Source: a virus
Strand: one strand, 5' to 3'
IMG/VR virus record: IMGVR_UViG_3300042453_004886
Span: 64,001 to 128,000 of that record
DNA: 64,000 bases
Part shown: positions 56,525 through 64,000 of the stretch, piece by piece
Numbering within the stretch: position 1 is the stretch's first letter
How the letters are laid out: every line of letters starts with the position of its first letter
Notes under the pieces: generated by a model
Database searches by the model: none
Seen by the model: only the letters and a program-made list of their open reading frames with translations
What the model was told of the DNA's origin: nothing
Program-made: the position numbers and the translations under genes

Positions 56525-57769
56525 GTGCCGATAGATATCATACCGGCACTTGGAGCCGGATCTCTTCTGGGAATGCTTGCGCTTTTCCCGGGGTTTCACT
56601 TTGCCATGGTCCTGCTTGTTGCGGGACCATGGATCCTCAACCACTTCACGCTAGCCAGTGGAATTTTGTGCATGGCAAGCGCGGTATGCGTGAGTAAATG
56701 CATGCATACCTTGGCGGTGGTGTATCACCCGGTATCGGGTAACAACATCGCCTCGGCAGATCCTGCTCAGCGCTTGGCTGCAGCGGGACAAGGCCGTTAT
56801 GCCACAGCGCTCATGGGAGACGCTGTCTGGGGCTCTGCCACAACCTTGGCGATTTTGCTAGGGGCTGTGGTGCTGTTCCAGACCTGGCTCCAGACAGACC
56901 TGATCAAGCAGGCGATCAAGCTAATTTCCAGCTTGAGCGGATTGGCAATCTTGGTCTGGATAATAGCTCTATTAGCCAGCTCCAAGAATCTGCTGGCAAC
57001 GATTTTCGTGTTCGGGAGTAGTGCAGCCCTGGGCGTCATTGCCCTGATGCACCCCGCAGTAGAGGGATCTACTCACACGATGACTCCGTTGCTGACAGGA
57101 ATGTTCGCGTTTCCAGTTCTTCTGAACACTCTCTTCGAGAAGCACTCCTCGTACCAGAGGATCGAAGTAGAGAAGCAAGACGAACTGGAGACAGATCCAG
57201 GCTTGAAACTCATCGGATTTATCACGGGTATTCTATCCGTGGGACTTCCGGGTTTGGGAACCTCAAGCTTGGTGTCCGTAAGTCAAGGCCTGACAGAATC
57301 AGATGCAGAATATCTCACCATGGCTTCCTTTGCGGAAACTACAGGTGAAATGATGGCGCTGATTCTGGGCATCCTGAGCATTGCCTCCCGTAGCTCAGAT
57401 GCAGCAATTATTCAGCAGGCCTTGCTGAAGCATACGGGAGAGTTCGCCATTCACCCGACTTTCATGTACCTGCTGCTGGGAACGATGCTCGTGTCCTGCT
57501 GGGTGGGTCTGAAACTGGTTAACGTGGTGAGCTTTCCGTACAGAGTCATGCTTAACCTCATCCCGGTGAAGCTTCAGGCTCTGATTGTGGCTTCGGCCAT
57601 GATCGGGCTGGTGTGGCATCACACGTCGATGTGGGGCATGGGGATCGTCTTGGCAGGCACCCTGATTCACCTCGGAGCTAAACAGCTCTATGTGTCGAAT
57701 CAAGTCCTGTTTGCCTGCATGGTGATCCCGATGCTGATGAACATGGCTCAATTCAACCCGTTCCGGTAA
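56525..57769 (+). CDS. TctA-like (tripartite tricarboxylate transporter permease family) polytopic membrane protein
   Basis: 414 aa, many TM segments; LFPGFH, P..G..IASADPAQRLAAAGQGRYA and LPGLG resemble TctA/DUF112 repeat motifs. Confidence 0.55.
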   Translation: MPIDIIPALGAGSLLGMLALFPGFHFAMVLLVAGPWILNHFTLASGILCMASAVCVSKCMHTLAVVYHPVSGNNIASADPAQRLAAAGQGRYATALMGDAVWGSATTLAILLGAVVLFQTWLQTDLIKQAIKLISSLSGLAILVWIIALLASSKNLLATIFVFGSSAALGVIALMHPAVEGSTHTMTPLLTGMFAFPVLLNTLFEKHSSYQRIEVEKQDELETDPGLKLIGFITGILSVGLPGLGTSSLVSVSQGLTESDAEYLTMASFAETTGEMMALILGILSIASRSSDAAIIQQALLKHTGEFAIHPTFMYLLLGTMLVSCWVGLKLVNVVSFPYRVMLNLIPVKLQALIVASAMIGLVWHHTSMWGMGIVLAGTLIHLGAKQLYVSNQVLFACMVIPMLMNMAQFNPFR

Positions 57770-57771
57770 AT

Positions 57772-58218
57772 TTGAGGGAAAGAGCGCATGACGTTCTTCT
57801 ATGCGAGGCGGTTATTGACTGGTCAGACCAGCAAGACACCCCACCCGACATAGGAGAGATAAGCGTGTCGACGCACTCTGACCTTCAATTCCCCAACTTC
57901 TCGAAGCTCTTAGTGGAAGCAATCGACCGCCTGAAGAAAGAAGGAGCGACTCCGCTTTCCACAATGGAGCAAGTTGTTGTGGGATTCATCACAGCAGAGG
58001 AAGACAAAGATACCAGCATCGGTGAGCGAATCGTATACGAGCTTGATTTTCTCAAGCTGCCCAAGTGGGTTGCGCTCATCACCTGGTTATCCCCGTTCGG
58101 AATCTGTTCTCATCATCCCCGAATGATTCTCCGCATAGCAAACTACCTGCTCGGTTATACCCGAAGCGAGGAAGAGCACAAGTTGCCCCGGCTCATGCGG
58201 AAAGAGTTCGGAATATAA
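57772..58218 (+). CDS. Hypothetical protein
   Basis: 148-aa ORF directly after the TctA-like gene. Confidence 0.6.
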   Translation: MRERAHDVLLCEAVIDWSDQQDTPPDIGEISVSTHSDLQFPNFSKLLVEAIDRLKKEGATPLSTMEQVVVGFITAEEDKDTSIGERIVYELDFLKLPKWVALITWLSPFGICSHHPRMILRIANYLLGYTRSEEEHKLPRLMRKEFGI

Positions 58219-58313
58219 CTGAATATCCCCTGGCTCCTTTGAATTAAAGGAGTCGGGGGACTTCCCCTGATCATACCCAATACCTTCCCAATACCTTTAG
58301 GAGATTAAGACCC

Positions 58314-58736
58314 ATGCGCTATACTGCTCGAATTGCCAAAGTGTCGGACTTCCCCAACACGAATTCGTTGAGCGTGATTGCCGTTCTGAAGACAGAGAAC
58401 GGACAGCTCATCGAGGACGTCTGGGTGAGCTTCTATCTCCCGTACAGCCTCGACATCTCCAACGATGTCCGGTCCCGTGTCTGCACGGAGATCGGATTCG
58501 AAGCCCAGGGTTACTCCTCTCAGCCCATCCCGGGACGTGAAGGGAACCCCACCAAGGGTCTGCAGCCGCTCCACGCCTTGGTTGGCCTGGACCGTAAAAG
58601 CATCGTCAGCATGCTCTCCCGTGAGGTTCGCCGCGGCACGGTCGTCAAGGATAAGGCCTTGGCGAGCCGCAACAAGAACCTCGTGTCGCGTGCTGCTGAA
58701 TGGCTGCAGTCGGCTGTGAAGCAGGCTGCCGAGTAA
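58314..58736 (+). CDS. Hypothetical protein
   Basis: AGGAG RBS; 140 aa; followed by a hairpin. Confidence 0.7.
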   Translation: MRYTARIAKVSDFPNTNSLSVIAVLKTENGQLIEDVWVSFYLPYSLDISNDVRSRVCTEIGFEAQGYSSQPIPGREGNPTKGLQPLHALVGLDRKSIVSMLSREVRRGTVVKDKALASRNKNLVSRAAEWLQSAVKQAAE

Positions 58737-58793
58737 CCTAGTAAAACCCAGGGGAGGGCTTCGGCTCTCCCCAAACCTACCTAAGGAGAAACC

Positions 58794-58988
58794 ATGGGCA
58801 AGATCAATTTCCTGATCGTCAGCTGCACGCTGACGCTCATCATCAACTTCGTCAACATCCTCGCGATCACGCGGGGAGAATACGAATATGGCATTGGAAG
58901 CTGGGTTGGACTTTGCATGTCCACCATGGCCATCTGGATGGCCGGGACCTGCATCTACCAGTACAACAAAATCAAACAATCTCTGTAA
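58794..58988 (+). CDS. Small two-TM protein
   Basis: AAGGAG RBS; two hydrophobic segments in 64 aa. Confidence 0.7.
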   Translation: MGKINFLIVSCTLTLIINFVNILAITRGEYEYGIGSWVGLCMSTMAIWMAGTCIYQYNKIKQSL

Positions 58989-59014
58989 GAACAATCTCTG
59001 TAAGGAGGAAACCC

Positions 59015-59365
59015 ATGGGAACCAATGATTTGCTCCGTTCCTACATGAACGAGCAAGAAACTTACAACGCCAACCGGAAGACCCACATGCAGGTGATCGT
59101 CCAGCACCTGCGTGACAACAAAGTCCCTGAGTACAGCAGAGAGTCCTTCAAAGTGGCCCCCTGGTTCACCGGGTGGGTCTACTTCCTGAGCGAAGAGGGA
59201 GCCGTCACGGCATCCCTTTTCGAGAACGCAGAAGAAGTCCACTGGGGCAGCCTTACCACGGGAGAATGGTGCAACCGCATCGTTCTCGTCGAGGGACAGC
59301 TCTACACCTTTGGACAGTGGAGCAACCCGATGGGGCTCCCTGACGCCTTTGTCTGGAACGGATAA
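59015..59365 (+). CDS. Hypothetical protein
   Basis: Start moved to ATG 59015 after AAGGAGG. Confidence 0.7.
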   Translation: MGTNDLLRSYMNEQETYNANRKTHMQVIVQHLRDNKVPEYSRESFKVAPWFTGWVYFLSEEGAVTASLFENAEEVHWGSLTTGEWCNRIVLVEGQLYTFGQWSNPMGLPDAFVWNG

Positions 59366-59535
59366 GGTTTTCCCGAGGAGAGGTAGCCTCCTCGGGTTTA
59401 CGTGCCCCCTGAGCCTTGCAGGGCTCAGAATTGGGGAAGAGACGGGTGCAGTTGCAGCTGCACCCGACGCCACGGGCTGTTGCAGGGGGTAGGCGAAAGC
59501 CTACCCCCGCATCAGTTATCCCTTAAAGGAGACTT

Positions 59536-59757
59536 ATGAGACTCAGCGTGAACGCCCTGGAAGCTGTATGGTTCCGTTCGAACTTGCTCAAGAGCAAGAT
59601 CGATCGGCTGTACAAAACGACAGCGGACTACCCGGAGCTGGACGGATTGGTTGCGGATCTCCAGGACATGGTCCGTCGCCTGGAAATCGATACCTACACC
59701 CTCTGGCGGAACGAAGCCGCAGAGGAAGAAGAAAAGACTGGAGTGCTCAAACCATGA
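59536..59757 (+). CDS. Small helical hypothetical protein
   Basis: AAAGGAG RBS; 73 aa. Confidence 0.7.
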   Translation: MRLSVNALEAVWFRSNLLKSKIDRLYKTTADYPELDGLVADLQDMVRRLEIDTYTLWRNEAAEEEEKTGVLKP

Positions 59758-59969
59758 GTCACGAAGAAACTATGAAGGTTGCGTCCTCCCTGAGGCTGTT
59801 GACACAGCTGATCAACGAGCTGCAGGAAACTGCAGCTCAAATCCCTGATGGAAAGCTGTCCCGAGAAATCCGGGGCAGCCGTGAATTGGCGAGAGATATC
59901 CGGGGCATGCTCGGAACTCTCCGCAGAACCCCTGAAACGAGTGTCATACGCTCGATTCAGAAACTATAG
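59754..59969 (+). CDS. Small helical hypothetical protein
   Basis: ATGA overlap with the upstream stop; MSHEETMKVASSLRLL... Confidence 0.65.
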   Translation: MSHEETMKVASSLRLLTQLINELQETAAQIPDGKLSREIRGSRELARDIRGMLGTLRRTPETSVIRSIQKL

Positions 59970-59980
59970 AGGAGGAACCC

Positions 59981-60277
59981 ATGGAAGTCTACAAATTTCT
60001 GGAAGCAATCAAGAAAATCCAGAATGTCGAGTTCTTCCCAAAGCCCAATGGATACCAGTGGGTGGTCGGGGAGGAGCTTTCGGTGATCAGCACCGAAGGA
60101 TCTTACGGAGGACGAGAAGGCCTGCTCGAGATGACGATCTTGTCGGATTGGAGTTTCGAGCCAGCAGGCTTTCTGACGGCTGAAGAGGCAATGGAAGGCG
60201 TTTACGCTTTCCTGGATGGCAAGAACTGGAAGGCGGAGATCTTCCGGTTCCGGGACGCCAAACAAAAGCAAAGCTAA
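59981..60277 (+). CDS. Hypothetical protein
   Basis: GAGGAGG RBS; 98 aa; followed by a GGGGCCAGGC-TTA-GCCTGGCCCC hairpin. Confidence 0.7.
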   Translation: MEVYKFLEAIKKIQNVEFFPKPNGYQWVVGEELSVISTEGSYGGREGLLEMTILSDWSFEPAGFLTAEEAMEGVYAFLDGKNWKAEIFRFRDAKQKQS

Positions 60278-60354
60278 CACAGGGGCCAGGCTTAGCCTGG
60301 CCCCCGAACTTTTCCAGTCTACCTGGCTATCTTTACTTTAAATCTTGCTTTTTC

Positions 60355-60670
60355 AGTATCTCCACCCCGCAAGGGTCTAACCCACACTTCAGTATCTCCA
60401 CTAAATAAAGGTTTACCCCATTTTCAGTATCTACACTAAATAAAGGTTTACTACACTACAGATAGTGTATCAAATTCTGGTATCTCCACTAAATAAAGGT
60501 ATTCCCCACACTAGGGCTAGTGTTATTTTTTAAGACAGGGCTTTAAAATCTGGTATCTCCACTAGATAAAGGTTTACTACACTAGCGCTAGTGGTGTTAT
60601 ATTTTTAAAACACTACACTAGATCTAGTGTATTAAAATTCTGGTATCTCCACTAAATATGGGTCTACCCC
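60355..60670 (+). repeat. Six tandem class-2 promoter-like repeats
   Basis: RGTAT at 60355, 60391, 60426, 60479, 60552 and 60642, each followed by CTMCAC... (usually TAAATAAAGGT) and, after 18 nt, TAACCC/TACCCC/TACT/TTCCCC. Confidence 0.8.
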
Positions 60671-60909
60671 CTCGAAAAGAATTAAAGAGGGTAGAGTATG
60701 AATAAGTTATCAAAGTAACCAAGTAACTACCAAGATAGCAGGGATAGAGGAACCGAAGGTGGGGTAGATGACCCCAGAGTTGCTTTAAAGGGGTCTATAA
60801 GGCGCTAGAAGGCGCGTTGGCTACTTCACGATAGTTGACACCTGAGGTTATAATAAAAAAGCTTATAGCCTCTCGGCATCAGATATATCAAACAGGATGG
60901 AGAATAAAT

Positions 60910-61167
60910 ATGCTCGGAATGACTTTTCCTAACCTTGAATCTTACGAAATTGCAAAAGAATTAGCTGAAGAACTCGGTATTCAATATAAGATCAAGATCG
61001 GCCCATCAGACGAATCGCTGGAAGGTCTGAGGTTGGTCAGCTTTCACGGACTCCCCGATCGACTGATCATGATGTCCGATCTATTTGCTATTAGACTCAT
61101 GATGGCTCAAAAAGAAAGAGCTCAGCACATCCGAGATCTCAAAAAGATGTGGAGCATGACCACATGA
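60910..61167 (+). CDS. Hypothetical protein
   Basis: Start placed at ATG 60910 after GGAG (track start TTG 60835). Confidence 0.55.
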   Translation: MLGMTFPNLESYEIAKELAEELGIQYKIKIGPSDESLEGLRLVSFHGLPDRLIMMSDLFAIRLMMAQKERAQHIRDLKKMWSMTT

Positions 61168-61766
61168 AAGATTTCGGCGTCATACAAAAACTGAAAGACC
61201 ACATCCTTACAGATGTTCCTAACTTTAAATCCTGGGAGTGGGGCTTAGACAGCAAAGGAAACACCTGCGCCTGTTGTGGAAGATACACCAATTACAGAGC
61301 ATCTATAGAATATTCGATTAAATTAAATATTCCTATATGTGACAATTACTATTGCCTTGCTTTTAGCCCTGAACTATTTGATTTCTACCTGAGCAAATTC
61401 AAGGCTACCATGACTAGAAAAGAAAATTATAAAATTTATTCATTAATTTCAAAAAACCTATTGACAAACGAAATTGGGTTATTTGATAATAAAAATGTTG
61501 TTCCGGTTAAACTAAAAGAATTGAAAGGTTCCGAGGTTTATCCTGCAGCAAGAAAAATATTTAAAAAATATTCTTCGAGGGCTATTTACATTTTCGATGG
61601 TTCTGCGTTAATATCAAAATATCGAGAGTGTAGTTCTTGCAAAAGACAAGTTAAAACACAAAATCTCACGCTCTTTTCCGCAGCTTCGCCAGTTCAAGTA
61701 ATGAGATCAGACCACTATTTCTGCAAACAAACCCTCGAATGTAATTTTTGTTCCTCCCTGCTTTAA
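61164..61766 (+). CDS. Cys-rich (zinc-binding) hypothetical protein
   Basis: ATGA overlap with the upstream stop; CACC, CDNYYC, CSSC and CNFC clusters. Confidence 0.6.
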   Translation: MKDFGVIQKLKDHILTDVPNFKSWEWGLDSKGNTCACCGRYTNYRASIEYSIKLNIPICDNYYCLAFSPELFDFYLSKFKATMTRKENYKIYSLISKNLLTNEIGLFDNKNVVPVKLKELKGSEVYPAARKIFKKYSSRAIYIFDGSALISKYRECSSCKRQVKTQNLTLFSAASPVQVMRSDHYFCKQTLECNFCSSLL

Positions 61767-61932
61767 CCTCAACCCTATTCACACGATGCTCCCGCGCACG
61801 TGAATAGGGTTGAATGCTATTCATACCAAGTTCCATTGCAGACATCTGCAATTCCACAATCTCTCTTCCAAATAAGTTATACACAAGTTATCCACATATT
61901 CATTACCAAAATTAAGCCACCTAGATAAATCA

Positions 61933-61960
61933 GGGGGTACACTAGATCTAGTGTACCCCC
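61933..61960. promoter_or_regulatory. 28-bp perfect palindrome containing the ACACTA-N4-TAGTGT dyad
   Basis: GGGGGTACACTAGATCTAGTGTACCCCC; related dyads at 60452, 60508, 60580, 60614, 63163 and 63508. Confidence 0.6.
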
Positions 61961-62546
61961 ACTTTTCCACAAACCCGATTTTCAGCCACAGTTTTACAGG
62001 CTCCCGCCAAAAGTTCCTGCAAGTTACGTTCCCCGAAGTTCATTCCCAAGCTCCAAAGCTAAAACTCTCTACAATCGTCTCTAAGGCCCCTTAAATCTTT
62101 AAAACGTAAGAAGAGTGCTGCCCCCACTCTTTCTCGTCTTCTAGAAGCTCTGAGACACGTTTAAAGCAACGCTGTTCCTCACCGCTACCCCCACCCTTCT
62201 CTGCGAATCCATCTCCGAGCCCTGAGCCGGGGCTAGCAGGTCTCGAAATATCGCCTCCAAATCGGGGGCGGGGGGACTATAGGGGGGTATTATCTCTGCT
62301 ATATATTATATATTATATATTATTATTTATTATTATATTATATTATTAAAGTATTTCAAAGAGTATTTCTAGAATACTTTTAAGTATTCTCTGATAAGTT
62401 ACTCCTAAATAACCCCTGATGGGGTCATTTAGTCGTAACTTAGTTACCAAACATACGTTAGTATGTTTAGGACTATTTAATTCCTAGAAATACTCTTATA
62501 TTACTATTATTATATTATTTATTATTATAGTATGTAATTAATACTA

Positions 62547-62610
62547 CACCCTATATAGTATCAAATCAAAATACTCTTAAGAGTATTTTGATTTGATACT
62601 ATATAGGGTG
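62547..62610. repeat. Perfect 64-bp palindrome
   Basis: CACCCTATATAGTATCAAATCAAAATACTCTT|AAGAGTATTTTGATTTGATACTATATAGGGTG with no spacer. Confidence 0.95.
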
Positions 62611-62869
62611 GTTCAACTTAAGATATAGAGCCGTCCTTTAACATATCACTATTACTTTAAATACATAACTAGTTATATATAATATATAGTATGTACGCGC
62701 ATGCACACGCGTAGGAAAACCCAGAGGGAGTGGTACCCCTTCGTACCACTCCCTCTGGAGTTAAATCTTCAACTTCTCCCCGCTAAGAAGGCCGTCCTTA
62801 CTTCCACTCATTTCGGGGCTCAATTTCCACCCTACTCTTGCCTAAAATGCTTGTCAACTCTTTCTCCCC

Positions 62870-63163
62870 TTGGGTATAAAAACAGGGAAGCGGGCGGCTC
62901 CCGACTGCCTGCCCGCTTCCCCTCCGTCGAAGACAACCTACAAGAGCTACAAACCCGCACCAGGTGAACTCGAGGTCGTCTCCGAGACTTTTCCCAATTA
63001 TATTTCCCCAGATCCGAAAGGTCAACAAATTTTTATGGTTACCCAAGAAGAATGGCTTACTGAGCTCTCCAACATCAATTCCATTTTGCATCTCATCCAC
63101 AATTCAGAAGTGCTTGAGATTGCCCAAAATTATATCCACTACATCCAGGGTAAAATTTGCTAG
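62870..63163 (+). CDS. Possible hypothetical protein (start uncertain)
   Basis: The C-terminal half reads like protein and ends at a dyad hairpin; no clear RBS. Confidence 0.35.
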   Translation: MGIKTGKRAAPDCLPASPPSKTTYKSYKPAPGELEVVSETFPNYISPDPKGQQIFMVTQEEWLTELSNINSILHLIHNSEVLEIAQNYIHYIQGKIC

Positions 63164-63204
63164 GGTACACTACATCTAGTGTACCCCTCCTCAGGAGACC
63201 CGCC

Positions 63205-63489
63205 ATGTCCAGCAAGCAAAAATACAATATCGGCAACTTCCTCTCCGGTAAAAAACTATTCCTTGACGACAAATTCCTCGAGTACAAAAACATTTATGGC
63301 GGTAACTTCCGCATTCCCACCCGTGACATCCAAAGTGTGGTGGTATCACCACATAGCATTGGTTACGGCAAGGTCAAACTCCTCGGTAAAGGCACAGAGC
63401 TTGCCTATCTTGTCCTGCCCCTTCCTTGGGCGCACAGCACCCAGGACTGGCTCATGAGCAATCTATTTTCCGAGCTCAGGCACGGATAA
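63205..63489 (+). CDS. Bacterial PH-domain-like small protein
   Basis: AGGAG RBS at ATG 63205; FRIPTRDIQSVVV...GYGKVKLLG pattern. Confidence 0.5.
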   Translation: MSSKQKYNIGNFLSGKKLFLDDKFLEYKNIYGGNFRIPTRDIQSVVVSPHSIGYGKVKLLGKGTELAYLVLPLPWAHSTQDWLMSNLFSELRHG

Positions 63490-63560
63490 AAATTGAAGGG
63501 AAATAATAAACCCTACACTACTGCTAGTGTAGGGTTTAAAAATTACGGAGACACGCTGTA

Positions 63561-64000
63561 ATGTACATATACTTTAATAAGTATTACATAGCTTTACTCA
63601 TAAGTTTATTTGTATCTGGGTGTCTTGTTAAACCAAAAATAGATCCTGAAAACGGATTTGATATTTTTGGTATTTTTAATCCGAGTAGTCTTGAAGAAAA
63701 AATATTTAAAATATACGCTTATGATGCTAGTCTTACTAAACCAAAAGTTTTACTAAACGGTATTTTATCTTCACCCTCTATAAAAGTAATTGATAAAGAA
63801 ATAACATTTGAAAATGTATTAAAGCCAACAGATATAGTAAAATGCGTCTGGAGTGTAAAAATAACTAACCAACCTGAAGAAACTGGACTTTGGAGCAATC
63901 TCTCAAACTTTAAAAATACAACAAAAACCATTTTTTGGACAAAAGAACTAAATTTAATAGAATCAACTAAATCTGAACCAATTCAACTTTATACGCCATC
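63561..64000 (+). CDS. Lipoprotein (partial, runs off the window; not in the ORF track)
   Basis: MYIYFNKYYIALLISLFVSGC: signal peptide with lipobox VSG-C; frame open to the window end. Confidence 0.7.
   Translation, partial: MYIYFNKYYIALLISLFVSGCLVKPKIDPENGFDIFGIFNPSSLEEKIFKIYAYDASLTKPKVLLNGILSSPSIKVIDKEITFENVLKPTDIVKCVWSVKITNQPEETGLWSNLSNFKNTTKTIFWTKELNLIESTKSEPIQLYTP

Noticed and set aside
40290-60280. Numerous overlapping and antisense ORFs of 60-290 aa in the track (for example 51124..51999, 53619..54452, 58305..58994).
   Set aside because: Shadow frames of GC-rich genes with no RBS; they overlap better-supported + strand genes.
60355-60670. Possible CRISPR array.
   Set aside because: Repeat periods are irregular (35-90 bp), the intervening sequences are related palindromes rather than unique spacers, and no cas genes are visible.
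60835-60855. TTGACA followed by TATAAT as a sigma70 promoter.
   Set aside because: The spacer is only 8 nt, far from 16-18.
1-64000. Prophage or mobile-element hallmarks (integrase, transposase, att sites) and host rRNA/housekeeping genes.
   Set aside because: None recognised; the whole window reads as phage sequence.

Overview
A 64-kb stretch of a large contractile-tailed (myovirus-like) phage genome in four blocks. (1) 1-29711, minus strand, mostly AT-rich: the virion module (tail chaperone with a -1 frameshift, portal, fibre-like proteins, protease/scaffold, major capsid, neck, sheath, tube, baseplate). (2) 29866-39759: a 3297-aa ORF that is on the PLUS strand, although the supplied track labels it minus. 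It combines two PLD-type HxK/GSxN motifs, a two-barrel RNA polymerase catalytic motif (R..P...NLGDFDGD) and C-terminal hydrophobic segments. It looks like a tape-measure/virion-RNAP/PLD fusion moved out of the tail operon with its chaperone. (3) About 40290-60310, plus strand, visibly GC-rich: an early-type region of gene cassettes separated by 11 copies of a hairpin plus bipartite promoter-like element (GGTGC-N18-WACCC-like box). It holds two tandem, diverged single-chain two-barrel RNAP-like genes (RAP...GDHDGD and RAP...GDFDGE). Each is framed by the same leader peptide, 5' hairpins and 3' structured RNA, with compensatory changes. (4) 60310-64000, AT-rich: six tandem promoter-like repeats of a second class (RGTAT-N18-TACCC-like box), a 7-copy dyad motif, a perfect 64-bp palindrome in an origin-like tract, and small genes. 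The best candidate for an undescribed system is a three-polymerase transcription cascade with two promoter classes. All functional calls rest on motifs and synteny read by eye; no searches, folding or alignments were run, and the host cannot be assigned.
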